54,934 nucleotides of DNA from an uncultured Opitutaceae bacterium (GTDB taxonomy: Bacteria > Verrucomicrobiota > Verrucomicrobiia > Opitutales > Opitutaceae), in the NCBI GenBank assembly GCA_964496645.1, contig CAZCAJ010000023.1:1-54934 (forward strand), read 5' to 3'. The first letter of the stretch is position 1, and each line of letters begins with the position of its first letter. The position numbers and the translations under genes were made by a program. Under the pieces are notes generated by a model, which was not told the DNA's origin, ran no database searches, and saw only the letters and a list, made by a program, of their open reading frames with translations. Below are positions 9,445 to 17,346 of this stretch, piece after piece.

Positions 9445-9879
9445 ATGAGCTGGGAGAATGAAAGCCACTACGTCAGCACCGATCCCGGGCTCCTCGACCT
9501 CGACTTCGTGTGCGCGGCGCTTGCCGGGTCCTATTGGGCGCAAGACCGCCCCCGCGACGTGATCGCGCGGTCCATCGGGGCCTCGCTCTGTTTCGGGCTC
9601 TACGAGAAGCGGGGCGGCAGACAGGTGGGCTTCGCCCGGGTCGTCACGGACGCCGCGACCTTCTCGTGGCTGTGCGACGTCGTCGTGGACGAGCGCCACA
9701 GGGGCAAGGGCCTCGGCAAGTTCCTGCTGTCGTGCGTGGTCGCCCACCCGCACGTGAGCTCCACCAAGTGCCTCCTAGCCACCCGCGACGCGCACGCCCT
9801 CTACGAGAAGTTCGGCTTCGCCCGGGCCGAGCAGATGAGGCGGCCGCCGACCGAGGCGCGGCCGCAGGCCCGGGCGTAG
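9445..9879 (+). CDS. GNAT family N-acetyltransferase
   Basis: 144 aa; acetyl-CoA binding motif RGKGLGKFLL and a GNAT-fold pattern. Confidence 0.75.
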   Translation: MSWENESHYVSTDPGLLDLDFVCAALAGSYWAQDRPRDVIARSIGASLCFGLYEKRGGRQVGFARVVTDAATFSWLCDVVVDERHRGKGLGKFLLSCVVAHPHVSSTKCLLATRDAHALYEKFGFARAEQMRRPPTEARPQARA

Positions 9880-9886
9880 CCCTTCT

Positions 9887-10321
9887 CTACCCGCGCTGAG
9901 GCCACCACCGGTACAGGAAGAAGTAGACGAGGACGCCCGTCACCGACACGTAGTACCAGATGGGAAACGTGACGCGGGCCCATGCGCGGTGGCGCTCGAA
10001 GTCCCCCTTCAGGGCGAAGACGAACGTCCGGGGCACGAGGAACGCGATGAGCCCGGCCAGCGGGATGTGGGTCCAGAGGATGGCAAGGTACACCCCGCGG
10101 ATGGCGCCGGCCCCGCCGAAGGGCGTGTGGGCCCCCCTCATCATGGCGTGATAGGTGACGTAAAAGACTAGGAACAAAGCGGATGCCACAGCCGCCGCTA
10201 GCATGCATGCGCGGTGGGCCCCGCGGTCGCCCCGCTTGATGAAGACGAATCCGGCCGTTATCAGGATGGTGGCGATCCCGTTCAGCGCGGCCTCGATCGA
10301 GGGAAGGTCGTGCACGTTCAC
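9887..10321 (-). CDS. DUF420 membrane protein (CtaM-like cytochrome oxidase accessory protein)
   Basis: 144 aa with 4 TM helices, about DUF420 length. GTG start at 10321 overlaps the ctaB stop (GTGA). It is the third gene of the ctaA-ctaB unit, the same context as Bacillus CtaM. Confidence 0.6.
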   Translation of the reverse strand: MNVHDLPSIEAALNGIATILITAGFVFIKRGDRGAHRACMLAAAVASALFLVFYVTYHAMMRGAHTPFGGAGAIRGVYLAILWTHIPLAGLIAFLVPRTFVFALKGDFERHRAWARVTFPIWYYVSVTGVLVYFFLYRWWPQRG

Positions 10322-11208
10322 GGCCGGCTCAGGAGCAGCCTGTCCCCGACGAGCAGGCCAAGGAGCAGGGGGAGGTAGGCCAGCGAGAAGAGGAAGAGCC
10401 TTCGGGCGCCCGCGTCCCGCGACGCCGGCCTGAGGAACGCCGCCGCCCTCCACAGGAAGCACGCGCCGACCGCGAGCGCCGCGGCGCCGTACCACCGGCT
10501 GGCAAGCCCGAGGAACGCAGGGAGCACGCTCACGACCGTCAGCGCGGCGGTCGCGGCGAGCGACCAAAGCGCGACCTTCCCGCCCGACTCGTCGCGCACG
10601 GGCAGCATCGGGAAATGCACTGCGGAATAGTCGCTCCTGTAGGTCCAGGCGATCGCCATGAAGTGCGGGATCTGCCAGAGGAAGAGGATGCCGAAGAGGA
10701 TCCAGCCCAGGGCCGAGACCGCGCCCTGTGCGGCGGACCAGCCTATCAGCGGCGGGAGCGCCCCCGCGATCGCGCCGATCTCGGTGCTCCACAGGCTCCA
10801 GCGCTTCGCCGGCGTGTACCAGCCCAGGTAGAAGGCGATCGTCAGGAGGGTGAAGAGGGCCGCGAGCCTGCCGACCTCCATGAATATGAGCATCAGCGCC
10901 GCGATGCACATGAGCCATCCGAGGACGAACGCCGAGCCCCCCGCGACCCTGCCCGTCGGGATCGGCCGCAGCGCCGTGCGCCGCATCCGCGCGTCCGTGT
11001 CGCTCTCCATCCACTGGTTGAGCGAGGCGACGCCGCCGGCGGCCAGCGAGGTTCCGACGACGAGGAGCCCGACCCGGAGCGGGTCGAACGCGGGCCGCGC
11101 CGCCACGTAGCCCACGAGCGCCGTCATGACCGACAGCAGGCTCAGCCGCGGCTTGGTCAGCTCGAGGTAGTCGCCGAATCGCGCATGCGCGGGAGCTGCG
11201 TCCTTCAT
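10318..11208 (-). CDS. ctaB: Protoheme IX farnesyltransferase (heme O synthase)
   Basis: 296 aa UbiA-family protein with 9 TM helices; FGDYLELTKPRL N-terminus and a conserved Asp-rich region; ATGA overlap with the ctaA stop. Confidence 0.9.
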   Translation of the reverse strand: MKDAAPAHARFGDYLELTKPRLSLLSVMTALVGYVAARPAFDPLRVGLLVVGTSLAAGGVASLNQWMESDTDARMRRTALRPIPTGRVAGGSAFVLGWLMCIAALMLIFMEVGRLAALFTLLTIAFYLGWYTPAKRWSLWSTEIGAIAGALPPLIGWSAAQGAVSALGWILFGILFLWQIPHFMAIAWTYRSDYSAVHFPMLPVRDESGGKVALWSLAATAALTVVSVLPAFLGLASRWYGAAALAVGACFLWRAAAFLRPASRDAGARRLFLFSLAYLPLLLGLLVGDRLLLSRP

Positions 11209-12185
11209 GGGATGGTCCGCCCCTCGATCGCGTCGCGGTGGGCGAGCCACGTGAGCCAGAAGGCGGCGACGAGGGTGAGCGCCCCCACCACCACGTGGCC
11301 CGTCGTGACGCCGACGGCGCGGTAGGTCCGGATTATCAGGGCCCCGAGGAATATCTGGAGGGCGACCAGGCTGACGAGGGCCGAGGCGCCGGAGCGCATC
11401 CCGGGCGACGCCCCACGGTCCCGCCAGACAGCGACCGCGAACCCCGCGATCGCCAACGCGACGGCGCACGCCATGGCGCGGTGGGCGAACTGGATGGCGA
11501 CCTGGAAGCTCCACGCCGCGGGCAGCAGGCCGCCCGCGGGCGTCGACCATGGGAACGTCGGGATCGCCAGGCCTGCGAAGCTGTGGCGCACGACGGCCCC
11601 GATGGCGAGCTGCGCGAAGAGCAGGGCGCAGCAGAGGACCCCCATGCGCCTCGCCCCTTTGCCGACCGGCATGGGCCTCGTGATCCACCCCCTCGAGCAG
11701 GAAACGGCCAGCGCGACGAGGGCGCAGGCGAAGGCCTGCGCGAGGCAGGCGTGGAGCATCGCAATCAGCCGGCCGAGGCTCGTGTCGAGGGGCTCGATGT
11801 GGATCCGGTCGAGCAGGACGCGGAGCCCGCCGACGACCGCCTGGGCGACCACGAGGCCGAGCGCAAGGTACGAGAGCCTGCGCAGCCACGCCCTCTGCTC
11901 GGTGCGCCAGAGCCAGGCGGCGAGGACGAGGGTGAGGGCCGTCATCATGCCCGCGCTCAGCCGGTGCGAGTGCTCGGCGAACATCGACAGGTTCGTGAGC
12001 CAGCCCTCGGGGTTGAGCGAGCCGTTCGAAAGCGGCCAGTCCGGGAACGCCATTCCCGCGTTGATCGTCGTCGTGAAGGCGCCGAGCGCCACCAGCACGA
12101 AGACCCAGGCCGCGGCAAAGGCCGAGAACGCAGCGAGCGCCGGCCTGTATGAGGCGTTTTGCTGGTGATCGGGCCGTGCGTCCAT
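11205..12185 (-). CDS. ctaA: Heme A synthase (COX15/CtaA family)
   Basis: 326 aa with 8 TM helices; paired His motifs (AEHSHR and FAHRAMA) typical of type-2 CtaA; upstream of ctaB. Confidence 0.85.
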   Translation of the reverse strand: MDARPDHQQNASYRPALAAFSAFAAAWVFVLVALGAFTTTINAGMAFPDWPLSNGSLNPEGWLTNLSMFAEHSHRLSAGMMTALTLVLAAWLWRTEQRAWLRRLSYLALGLVVAQAVVGGLRVLLDRIHIEPLDTSLGRLIAMLHACLAQAFACALVALAVSCSRGWITRPMPVGKGARRMGVLCCALLFAQLAIGAVVRHSFAGLAIPTFPWSTPAGGLLPAAWSFQVAIQFAHRAMACAVALAIAGFAVAVWRDRGASPGMRSGASALVSLVALQIFLGALIIRTYRAVGVTTGHVVVGALTLVAAFWLTWLAHRDAIEGRTIP

Positions 12186-12271
12186 GAGCGGGGGGAATGA
12201 GCAGAAGAAGGCAACATCGTGCCCGCCTCAAACGCTTTGACAAATTTTTCCTCGGGCGGATTGGTGTCTCC

Positions 12272-13177
12272 ATGCGAACCACTGCCGGGCGCCAACTCCT
12301 TGCGTGCGCGGCGCTGGCCGCGCTCGCGTCGGGCGGCTGCGGGAGGGGGACCGGGGGAGCCCCGGCCGTCTCCTCCGCGCCCCCCGGCGAGAGGCGCTTC
12401 GCCCTTTCGGGGGAGATCCTCTCGGTCGACGCCAAGCGGAAGGTCCTCGTCGTGCGGCACAACGAGGTCGCCGGCTACATGCCCGCGATGACCATGGAGT
12501 TCCCGGTCTCCGCGGGCGACGCGGCCGCCGCGAGGCCCGGCGAGCGGATCCGGGCGGAACTCGTGGTGGAGCGGGGAGGGGCCCTCCGGCTCGAGAGGAT
12601 CTGGCCAAACGACTCGGTCTCCCTCGACACGATCGACGCGGGCGCCCGCATGCTCCGCCAGGACACGCTTGCGAAGGGCGGTGCGGCCTTCAGGGAGGTC
12701 GGCGAGAGGGCTCCGGAGTTCGTGCTCTACGACCAAAACGGCCGCGTCGTCAGCAGCGCGCGCTTCCGCGGCAAGCAGATCATGCTCAACTTCATCTACT
12801 CGCGCTGCCCGGTGGCGAACATGTGCCCGCTGTCAACGGCGAAGATGATGGCCGCGCAGAAGCTCGCGAGGGAATCGGGCGTGGGCGACATCGAGTTCGT
12901 ATCGGTCACGATGGACCCGGCGTACGACACACCGGGAGTCCTCAGGGATTACGCCGACCAGCGGGGGATAGACACGTCCAACTTCTCCTTCCTGACCGGC
13001 CCCGAGGCGGCGATCCGGGACCTGCTGGCGCAGTTCGGCGTGATCGCGGAGTTCAGGGGGAACATCCTCGACCACACGCTGGCGACGCTCCTCATCGACG
13101 AGAAGGGCCGGATCGCGTGGAGGGCCGACGGGAGCGCCTGGGAGCCGAGGGAGTTCGTGGAGCGGATGCACCGGTGA
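12272..13177 (+). CDS. SCO1/SenC-family copper chaperone fused to an N-terminal CusF-like Cu(I)-binding domain; lipoprotein
   Basis: Lipobox LASGGC. The N-terminal about 110 aa carry the CusF-type motif HNEVAGYMPAMTMEFPV. The C-terminal thioredoxin-fold SCO domain has the metal-site His in the DHT motif, but an atypical C-x5-C (SRCPVANMCP) instead of the canonical CxxxC. Confidence 0.8.
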   Translation: MRTTAGRQLLACAALAALASGGCGRGTGGAPAVSSAPPGERRFALSGEILSVDAKRKVLVVRHNEVAGYMPAMTMEFPVSAGDAAAARPGERIRAELVVERGGALRLERIWPNDSVSLDTIDAGARMLRQDTLAKGGAAFREVGERAPEFVLYDQNGRVVSSARFRGKQIMLNFIYSRCPVANMCPLSTAKMMAAQKLARESGVGDIEFVSVTMDPAYDTPGVLRDYADQRGIDTSNFSFLTGPEAAIRDLLAQFGVIAEFRGNILDHTLATLLIDEKGRIAWRADGSAWEPREFVERMHR

Positions 13178-14106
13178 CGGACGGCGGGGACACACCGAGA
13201 ATCGGGGCCCGCGAGTGGCGCCAGATCGCCGCGATCACGGCGTCGGCGATCCTGCTATTCCTCGTCGTCCGCGAGCTGCCGACGGGGACCAACCTGAGCC
13301 ACATGGACTTCCGGGTGCAGGGCGCGAACACCATCGAGTTCTGCGACCCGGCCAACCCCCAGTTCCTGCCTGTGGTCGCCGTGCGCTCGCCGGTGTCGCT
13401 CACCGTGTCTACGCCCTCGCCGCCGCGGGCCGGCTCGGAGGTGGCGGCGACCCTGGTCCTCACCACCTTCAGCGGCAAGCCGATCGCGCCGGAGGACCTG
13501 CAGGTGGTCCAGACGAGGCGCGTACACCTCCTGATCGTCGACCCGTCGCTCGACGACTACCAGCACGTGCACCCGGTGCCGGGCCGCAGGCCAGGCGAGT
13601 GGGAATTCAGCTTCCGGCCGCGGTTCGGCGGGGCCTACCGGATCTTTGCGGACTTCACGCCGGTCGCCACGAACCGCGGACTCTACTCGGAGACCGAGAT
13701 GGGCGTAGCCGGGGCGCCCAGCCCGGTGGCCGCGGGATCCCAGCCGCGGTCGTGGGCCTGGGCGGGGGACGGATACCTCCTCGAGCTCTCGCCGGGCGCG
13801 CCGCCGATACGCGCGGGATCACCGGCCGACCTCAGGCTCGTCATCACGGCGACCGGAGGCGGCCCGGTGCCTCTGGAGACCGTCATGGGCGCGTATGCGC
13901 ACCTGGTCGCTTTCGACGCGCAGAGGAGCGGATTCGCGCACATCCACCCGCGGGAGGCCGACGTGACCCGCCGGCCCGATCCCCTGCGCCCGGCCTTCAC
14001 GTTCAGGCTGATGATCCCGCATCCCGGCCGGTACGTCATCTGGAGCGAGGTGAACCTGGCCGGCAAGCTCACCTTCGCCCCCTTCTGGTTCGACGTGAGC
14101 CCGTGA
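13174..14106 (+). CDS. Periplasmic or membrane-anchored protein with two internal repeats carrying H-x-H-P motifs; putative copper-handling protein (YtkA/FixH-like?)
   Basis: GTG start at 13174 overlaps the SCO1 stop (GTGA). N-terminal TM or signal anchor IAAITASAILLFLVV. Two repeats of about 100 aa align to each other (HLLIVDPSLDDYQHVHP...GAYRIFADF versus HLVAFDAQRSGFAHIHP...GRYVIWSEV). No confident family match from memory. Confidence 0.55.
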   Translation: MTDGGDTPRIGAREWRQIAAITASAILLFLVVRELPTGTNLSHMDFRVQGANTIEFCDPANPQFLPVVAVRSPVSLTVSTPSPPRAGSEVAATLVLTTFSGKPIAPEDLQVVQTRRVHLLIVDPSLDDYQHVHPVPGRRPGEWEFSFRPRFGGAYRIFADFTPVATNRGLYSETEMGVAGAPSPVAAGSQPRSWAWAGDGYLLELSPGAPPIRAGSPADLRLVITATGGGPVPLETVMGAYAHLVAFDAQRSGFAHIHPREADVTRRPDPLRPAFTFRLMIPHPGRYVIWSEVNLAGKLTFAPFWFDVSP

Positions 14107-14112
14107 CCCGGA

Positions 14113-14892
14113 TCAGAACTTGAGGTGCTTGACCGTCAGCCCCTTGTTGATGAGCTGGTTCAGGGAGTCGATGCCGATGTTCAGGTGCATGTCGACGAAC
14201 TTCTCCTCGACCCTCATGTCGCTCTCGATCGTCTTCACGCCCTCGGGGACCATCGGCTGGTCCGACACGAGGAGGAGGGCGCCAGTCGGGATCTCGTTTG
14301 CGAAGCCGACGATGAATATAGTCGCCGTCTCCATGTCGACGGCCATGACGCGGATCCTCTTCAGGTACTTCTTGAAGTCGTCGTGGTGCTCCCAGACCCG
14401 CCGATTGGTCGTGTACACCGTGCCCGTCCAGTAATCGAGCGCGCGGTCCCGGATCGTCGTCGAAATCGCCTTCTGGAGCGCGAAGGCGGGGAGGGCGGGG
14501 ACCTCCGGCGGGAAATAGTCGTTGCTCGTGCCCTCGCCGCGGATGGCCGCTATCGGCAGGATCAGGTCGCCGACCTCGGCGCGGTGCTTGATCCCGCCGC
14601 ACTTGCCGAGGAAGAGCGCCGCCTTCGGCCTGATCGCGCTGAGCAGATCCATGACGGTCGCCGCGTTGGCGCTTCCCATCCCGAAATTGATGATCGTGAT
14701 CTTGCCCGCCGTGGCGGTGGGCATCGGCTTCTCCCGGCCGTGGACCTGCACCTTCTGCGCCCTGGCGAACAGGTCCACGTACCGCTGGAAGTTGGTGAGC
14801 AGGATGTACTCGCCGAACCTCTCCAGGGCCACCCCCGTGTAGCGAGGGAGCCAATTCTCGACGATTTCACGGCGTGTCTTCAGGGCGCACAT
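14113..14892 (-). CDS. PNP/UDP-phosphorylase-family protein, short AMP-nucleosidase-like (catalytic domain only)
   Basis: 259 aa. Resembles the C-terminal catalytic domain of AMP nucleosidase (GKCGGIKHRAEVGDLILPIAAIRGEGTS; MAVDMETATIF) and lacks the N-terminal regulatory domain. Confidence 0.7.
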   Translation of the reverse strand: MCALKTRREIVENWLPRYTGVALERFGEYILLTNFQRYVDLFARAQKVQVHGREKPMPTATAGKITIINFGMGSANAATVMDLLSAIRPKAALFLGKCGGIKHRAEVGDLILPIAAIRGEGTSNDYFPPEVPALPAFALQKAISTTIRDRALDYWTGTVYTTNRRVWEHHDDFKKYLKRIRVMAVDMETATIFIVGFANEIPTGALLLVSDQPMVPEGVKTIESDMRVEEKFVDMHLNIGIDSLNQLINKGLTVKHLKF

Positions 14893-15086
14893 AGGGGCGT
14901 GCCGGACCGGCCGGGGCGCACGCGGGCGCCTCGCGGGGCCTCGGGATCTTCCCGCCTGCAGCGGCCTCCGCTCCTTGGTGCGCCTGTGGGGTGGGTCGGC
15001 AAATTGGACGAGCCAGTAGACAGAGACATCCGCGCGGAGCGCAAGCAGTTTGGTCGCGCCCCGGGGGCGCGCGAGGCGCCGGCCCG

Positions 15087-16211
15087 TCAGGGCGCCGGCG
15101 CCGGCCGGCGCATGCTGTCGACGAACATGCGCTCCAGCCGGGGGATGTCTATCGCGCGCACCACGGTGACGATGGGTTCGCCCAGCCCGGGGCCGAATCC
15201 GGGGAGCCAGCTCAGCGTGGCGCCGTAGCCGGCGCCGTGGTCGATGTCGACGTCCACCGCGAGCTGGTCGCTGCGCCGGACAATGGAGGGGTCGAGCCAG
15301 ACGGCGGCCGCGGTCTCGTCCCACATGGGGAAGCCGGGCGCGCCGAAGCGCGCGAAGTACCGCGACGCCGGCGTGTCGGCGCCGCCCGCCTCCCGCGCGA
15401 GCGCCGCCGTCATCTTGGTGCCGACGGTCGCGTCGGTGGGAACGACCGTGATCTTCCTCCAGTGGGCGTGCAGCGTGATCCTCGCCGCCTCGGGATCCCA
15501 GCGGCAGTTGAACTCGACGCGCGGGCTGTTGACGAACTGGAGCGAGAACTCGTCGCGGGCGGACGCGTCGGGGTTGAACGAGCCGGCCATCAGGACCAGC
15601 TCCTTCGCGTTGGCCGCGAAGCCCTCGTCGAGCTCGGCCGCCAGGGCGATGTTGGTGAACGGCCCCAGGGCGAGGATTGAAACCTCGCCGGGCGCCTCGC
15701 GCACCTTCCGCGCGAGGAAGCTTGCGGCCGGCTCGGCCAGGGGCCGCGTCGTCGGACTGCCCTCGTCGAGGGGCGGGACGACGTCGGGGGCGTGGTAGTG
15801 CCTCCTGTTGGCCGTGTTGTAGTCCGGCCACGCGTCCGTCCATGCCCCCTTGTAGGGCAGCCTCCCGTAGAGGCCCTCCCAGCGCCTGGTCTCCTCCTCG
15901 GAGTTTAGGAGCGGAAAGGTCGCTCCCGACACGACGGGGATGTCCGTCCTGCCGACCAGTTCCAGCATCCGCAGCGCGTGAGCCGTGCTCTCCTTCTGCC
16001 AGCCGTCGCCGCTCTCGATGGTGACGCCCACGACCTCCACGTCCTGGGCCTGGACGACCATCAGGATCGGCTGGAGGTTCACGCCGCCGTAGGCGTCCTG
16101 GTCGATGATGACCCTGCGCCTGGGCGGCGACGCTAGGACGCTGCAGCCGAGCAGGAGCGCGGCCGCCGCCGCGGCCCGCCTCAGCGCGGGGGGTGTGGGC
16201 TTGGATCGCAT
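15087..16211 (-). CDS. Inosine-uridine preferring nucleoside hydrolase family protein, secreted/lipoprotein
   Basis: IU_nuc_hydro fold with the N-terminal DxDxxxDD-like motif (VIIDQDAYGG); signal peptide with LLLGCS lipobox; 374 aa. Confidence 0.75.
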   Translation of the reverse strand: MRSKPTPPALRRAAAAAALLLGCSVLASPPRRRVIIDQDAYGGVNLQPILMVVQAQDVEVVGVTIESGDGWQKESTAHALRMLELVGRTDIPVVSGATFPLLNSEEETRRWEGLYGRLPYKGAWTDAWPDYNTANRRHYHAPDVVPPLDEGSPTTRPLAEPAASFLARKVREAPGEVSILALGPFTNIALAAELDEGFAANAKELVLMAGSFNPDASARDEFSLQFVNSPRVEFNCRWDPEAARITLHAHWRKITVVPTDATVGTKMTAALAREAGGADTPASRYFARFGAPGFPMWDETAAAVWLDPSIVRRSDQLAVDVDIDHGAGYGATLSWLPGFGPGLGEPIVTVVRAIDIPRLERMFVDSMRRPAPAP

Positions 16212-16339
16212 GGGGGATGGTGTCGCAGACGGGAGACCACAAGGCCAGCAGGTCGTGCGCCAGGGGCGCCCCGGGGAATGCTGGGCCGCCGCAGCCTGCA
16301 TCGCAGCGGGGGCCCCGCTCGGCCGTCCCCCTAGAGGCG

Positions 16340-17221
16340 CTAGGAGGCCCTGGCCGGGGCCAGGGCGCCCGTGTACCTGCTCGACTGCTCGTCGGCGTGG
16401 TAGCTCGAGCGAACGAGGGGGCCGCTCTCGACGACCCCGAAGCCGACGGAGAGCCCGAATTCCTTCCAGTGGAGGAACTCCTCCGGCGTGACCCAGCGGT
16501 CGACCGGCAGGTGCTGCCTCGTCGGCTGGAGGTACTGGCCGATGGTGATGATGTCCAGGCCGTCGCCCGCCAGGTCGCGGAGCGTCTGCTCGATCTCCTC
16601 CTGTCGCTCGCCGAGCCCCAGCATGATGCCCGTCTTCACGGTGAATCCGCGGCCCTTCGCGTGGCGCAGGACACCGCGCGAGCGGTCGTAGCGGGCCCGG
16701 ACCCGGACCGGCCGCTGGAGCCGCTCCACGGTCTCGACGTTGTGGTTGAAGATGTCGGGCCTGGCCTCGAGCACGGTGTCGATGTCGGCCGAGCGGCCGT
16801 TGAAGTCGGGGACGAGCACCTCGATCGCCGTGGCCGGATTCCGCCGGCGGACGGCGCGGATCGTCGCCGCCCAGACCGCCGCGCCGCCGTCGGAGAGCTC
16901 GTCGCGGGCGACGCTCGTGATGACGCAGTGCCGCAGCCCCATCGCGGCCACGGCCTCGGCGACCCGGGCTGGCTCCCCAAGGTCGAGCTCGGTGGGGCGG
17001 CCGGTCTGCACCGCGCAGAAGTTGCAGGAGCGCGTGCAGATGTTGCCTAGGATCATCACCGTCGCCGTCCCGCGCGACCAGCATTCGCCGAGGTTGGGGC
17101 ACTGCGCGCTCTGGCAGACGGTGTGGAGCCTGTGGCCGTCCACGAGGCTGCGCACGGCGGCGTAGCCGGGGCCGTTGGGAAGCCTGGCTCGCAGCCAGGC
17201 GGGTTTGCGCGTCGTGTCCAT
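16340..17221 (-). CDS. lipA: Lipoyl synthase
   Basis: Radical-SAM CxxxCxxC (CTRSCNFC) plus the N-terminal auxiliary cluster cysteines (CQSAQCPNLGEC); 293 aa. Confidence 0.93.
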   Translation of the reverse strand: MDTTRKPAWLRARLPNGPGYAAVRSLVDGHRLHTVCQSAQCPNLGECWSRGTATVMILGNICTRSCNFCAVQTGRPTELDLGEPARVAEAVAAMGLRHCVITSVARDELSDGGAAVWAATIRAVRRRNPATAIEVLVPDFNGRSADIDTVLEARPDIFNHNVETVERLQRPVRVRARYDRSRGVLRHAKGRGFTVKTGIMLGLGERQEEIEQTLRDLAGDGLDIITIGQYLQPTRQHLPVDRWVTPEEFLHWKEFGLSVGFGVVESGPLVRSSYHADEQSSRYTGALAPARAS

Positions 17222-17346
17222 GGGCGGGCCTGTATCCGGATCGATACCGCTGAAATGGATACGATCGCCGCCGAATCACAAGCAAGGAACCGGCGGAAGT
17301 TTCCGTTTGCCCACGGCGCCGCACTGCGGCACGTTAACCCGCTCAC

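Noticed and set aside
10615-12736. Antisense ORFs across ctaB and ctaA (10615..11325 plus strand, 11238..12152 plus strand, 11473..12168 plus strand, 11957..12736 minus strand)
   Set aside because: Low-complexity charged translations opposite well-supported heme O and heme A synthase genes.
12304-13173. 5' part of the 600-aa track ORF 12304..14106 overlapping SCO1 in another frame
   Set aside because: Only the portion from the GTG at 13174 onward has protein-like sequence (TM anchor plus repeats). The upstream part is Arg/Gly-rich and overlaps the well-supported SCO1 frame.
16212-16339. Possible small RNA or regulatory element in the 128-bp gap between the nucleoside hydrolase start and the lipA stop
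   Set aside because: Only weak GC hairpins and no promoter-like AT island. It is more simply the leader and promoter region of the hydrolase gene on the minus strand.
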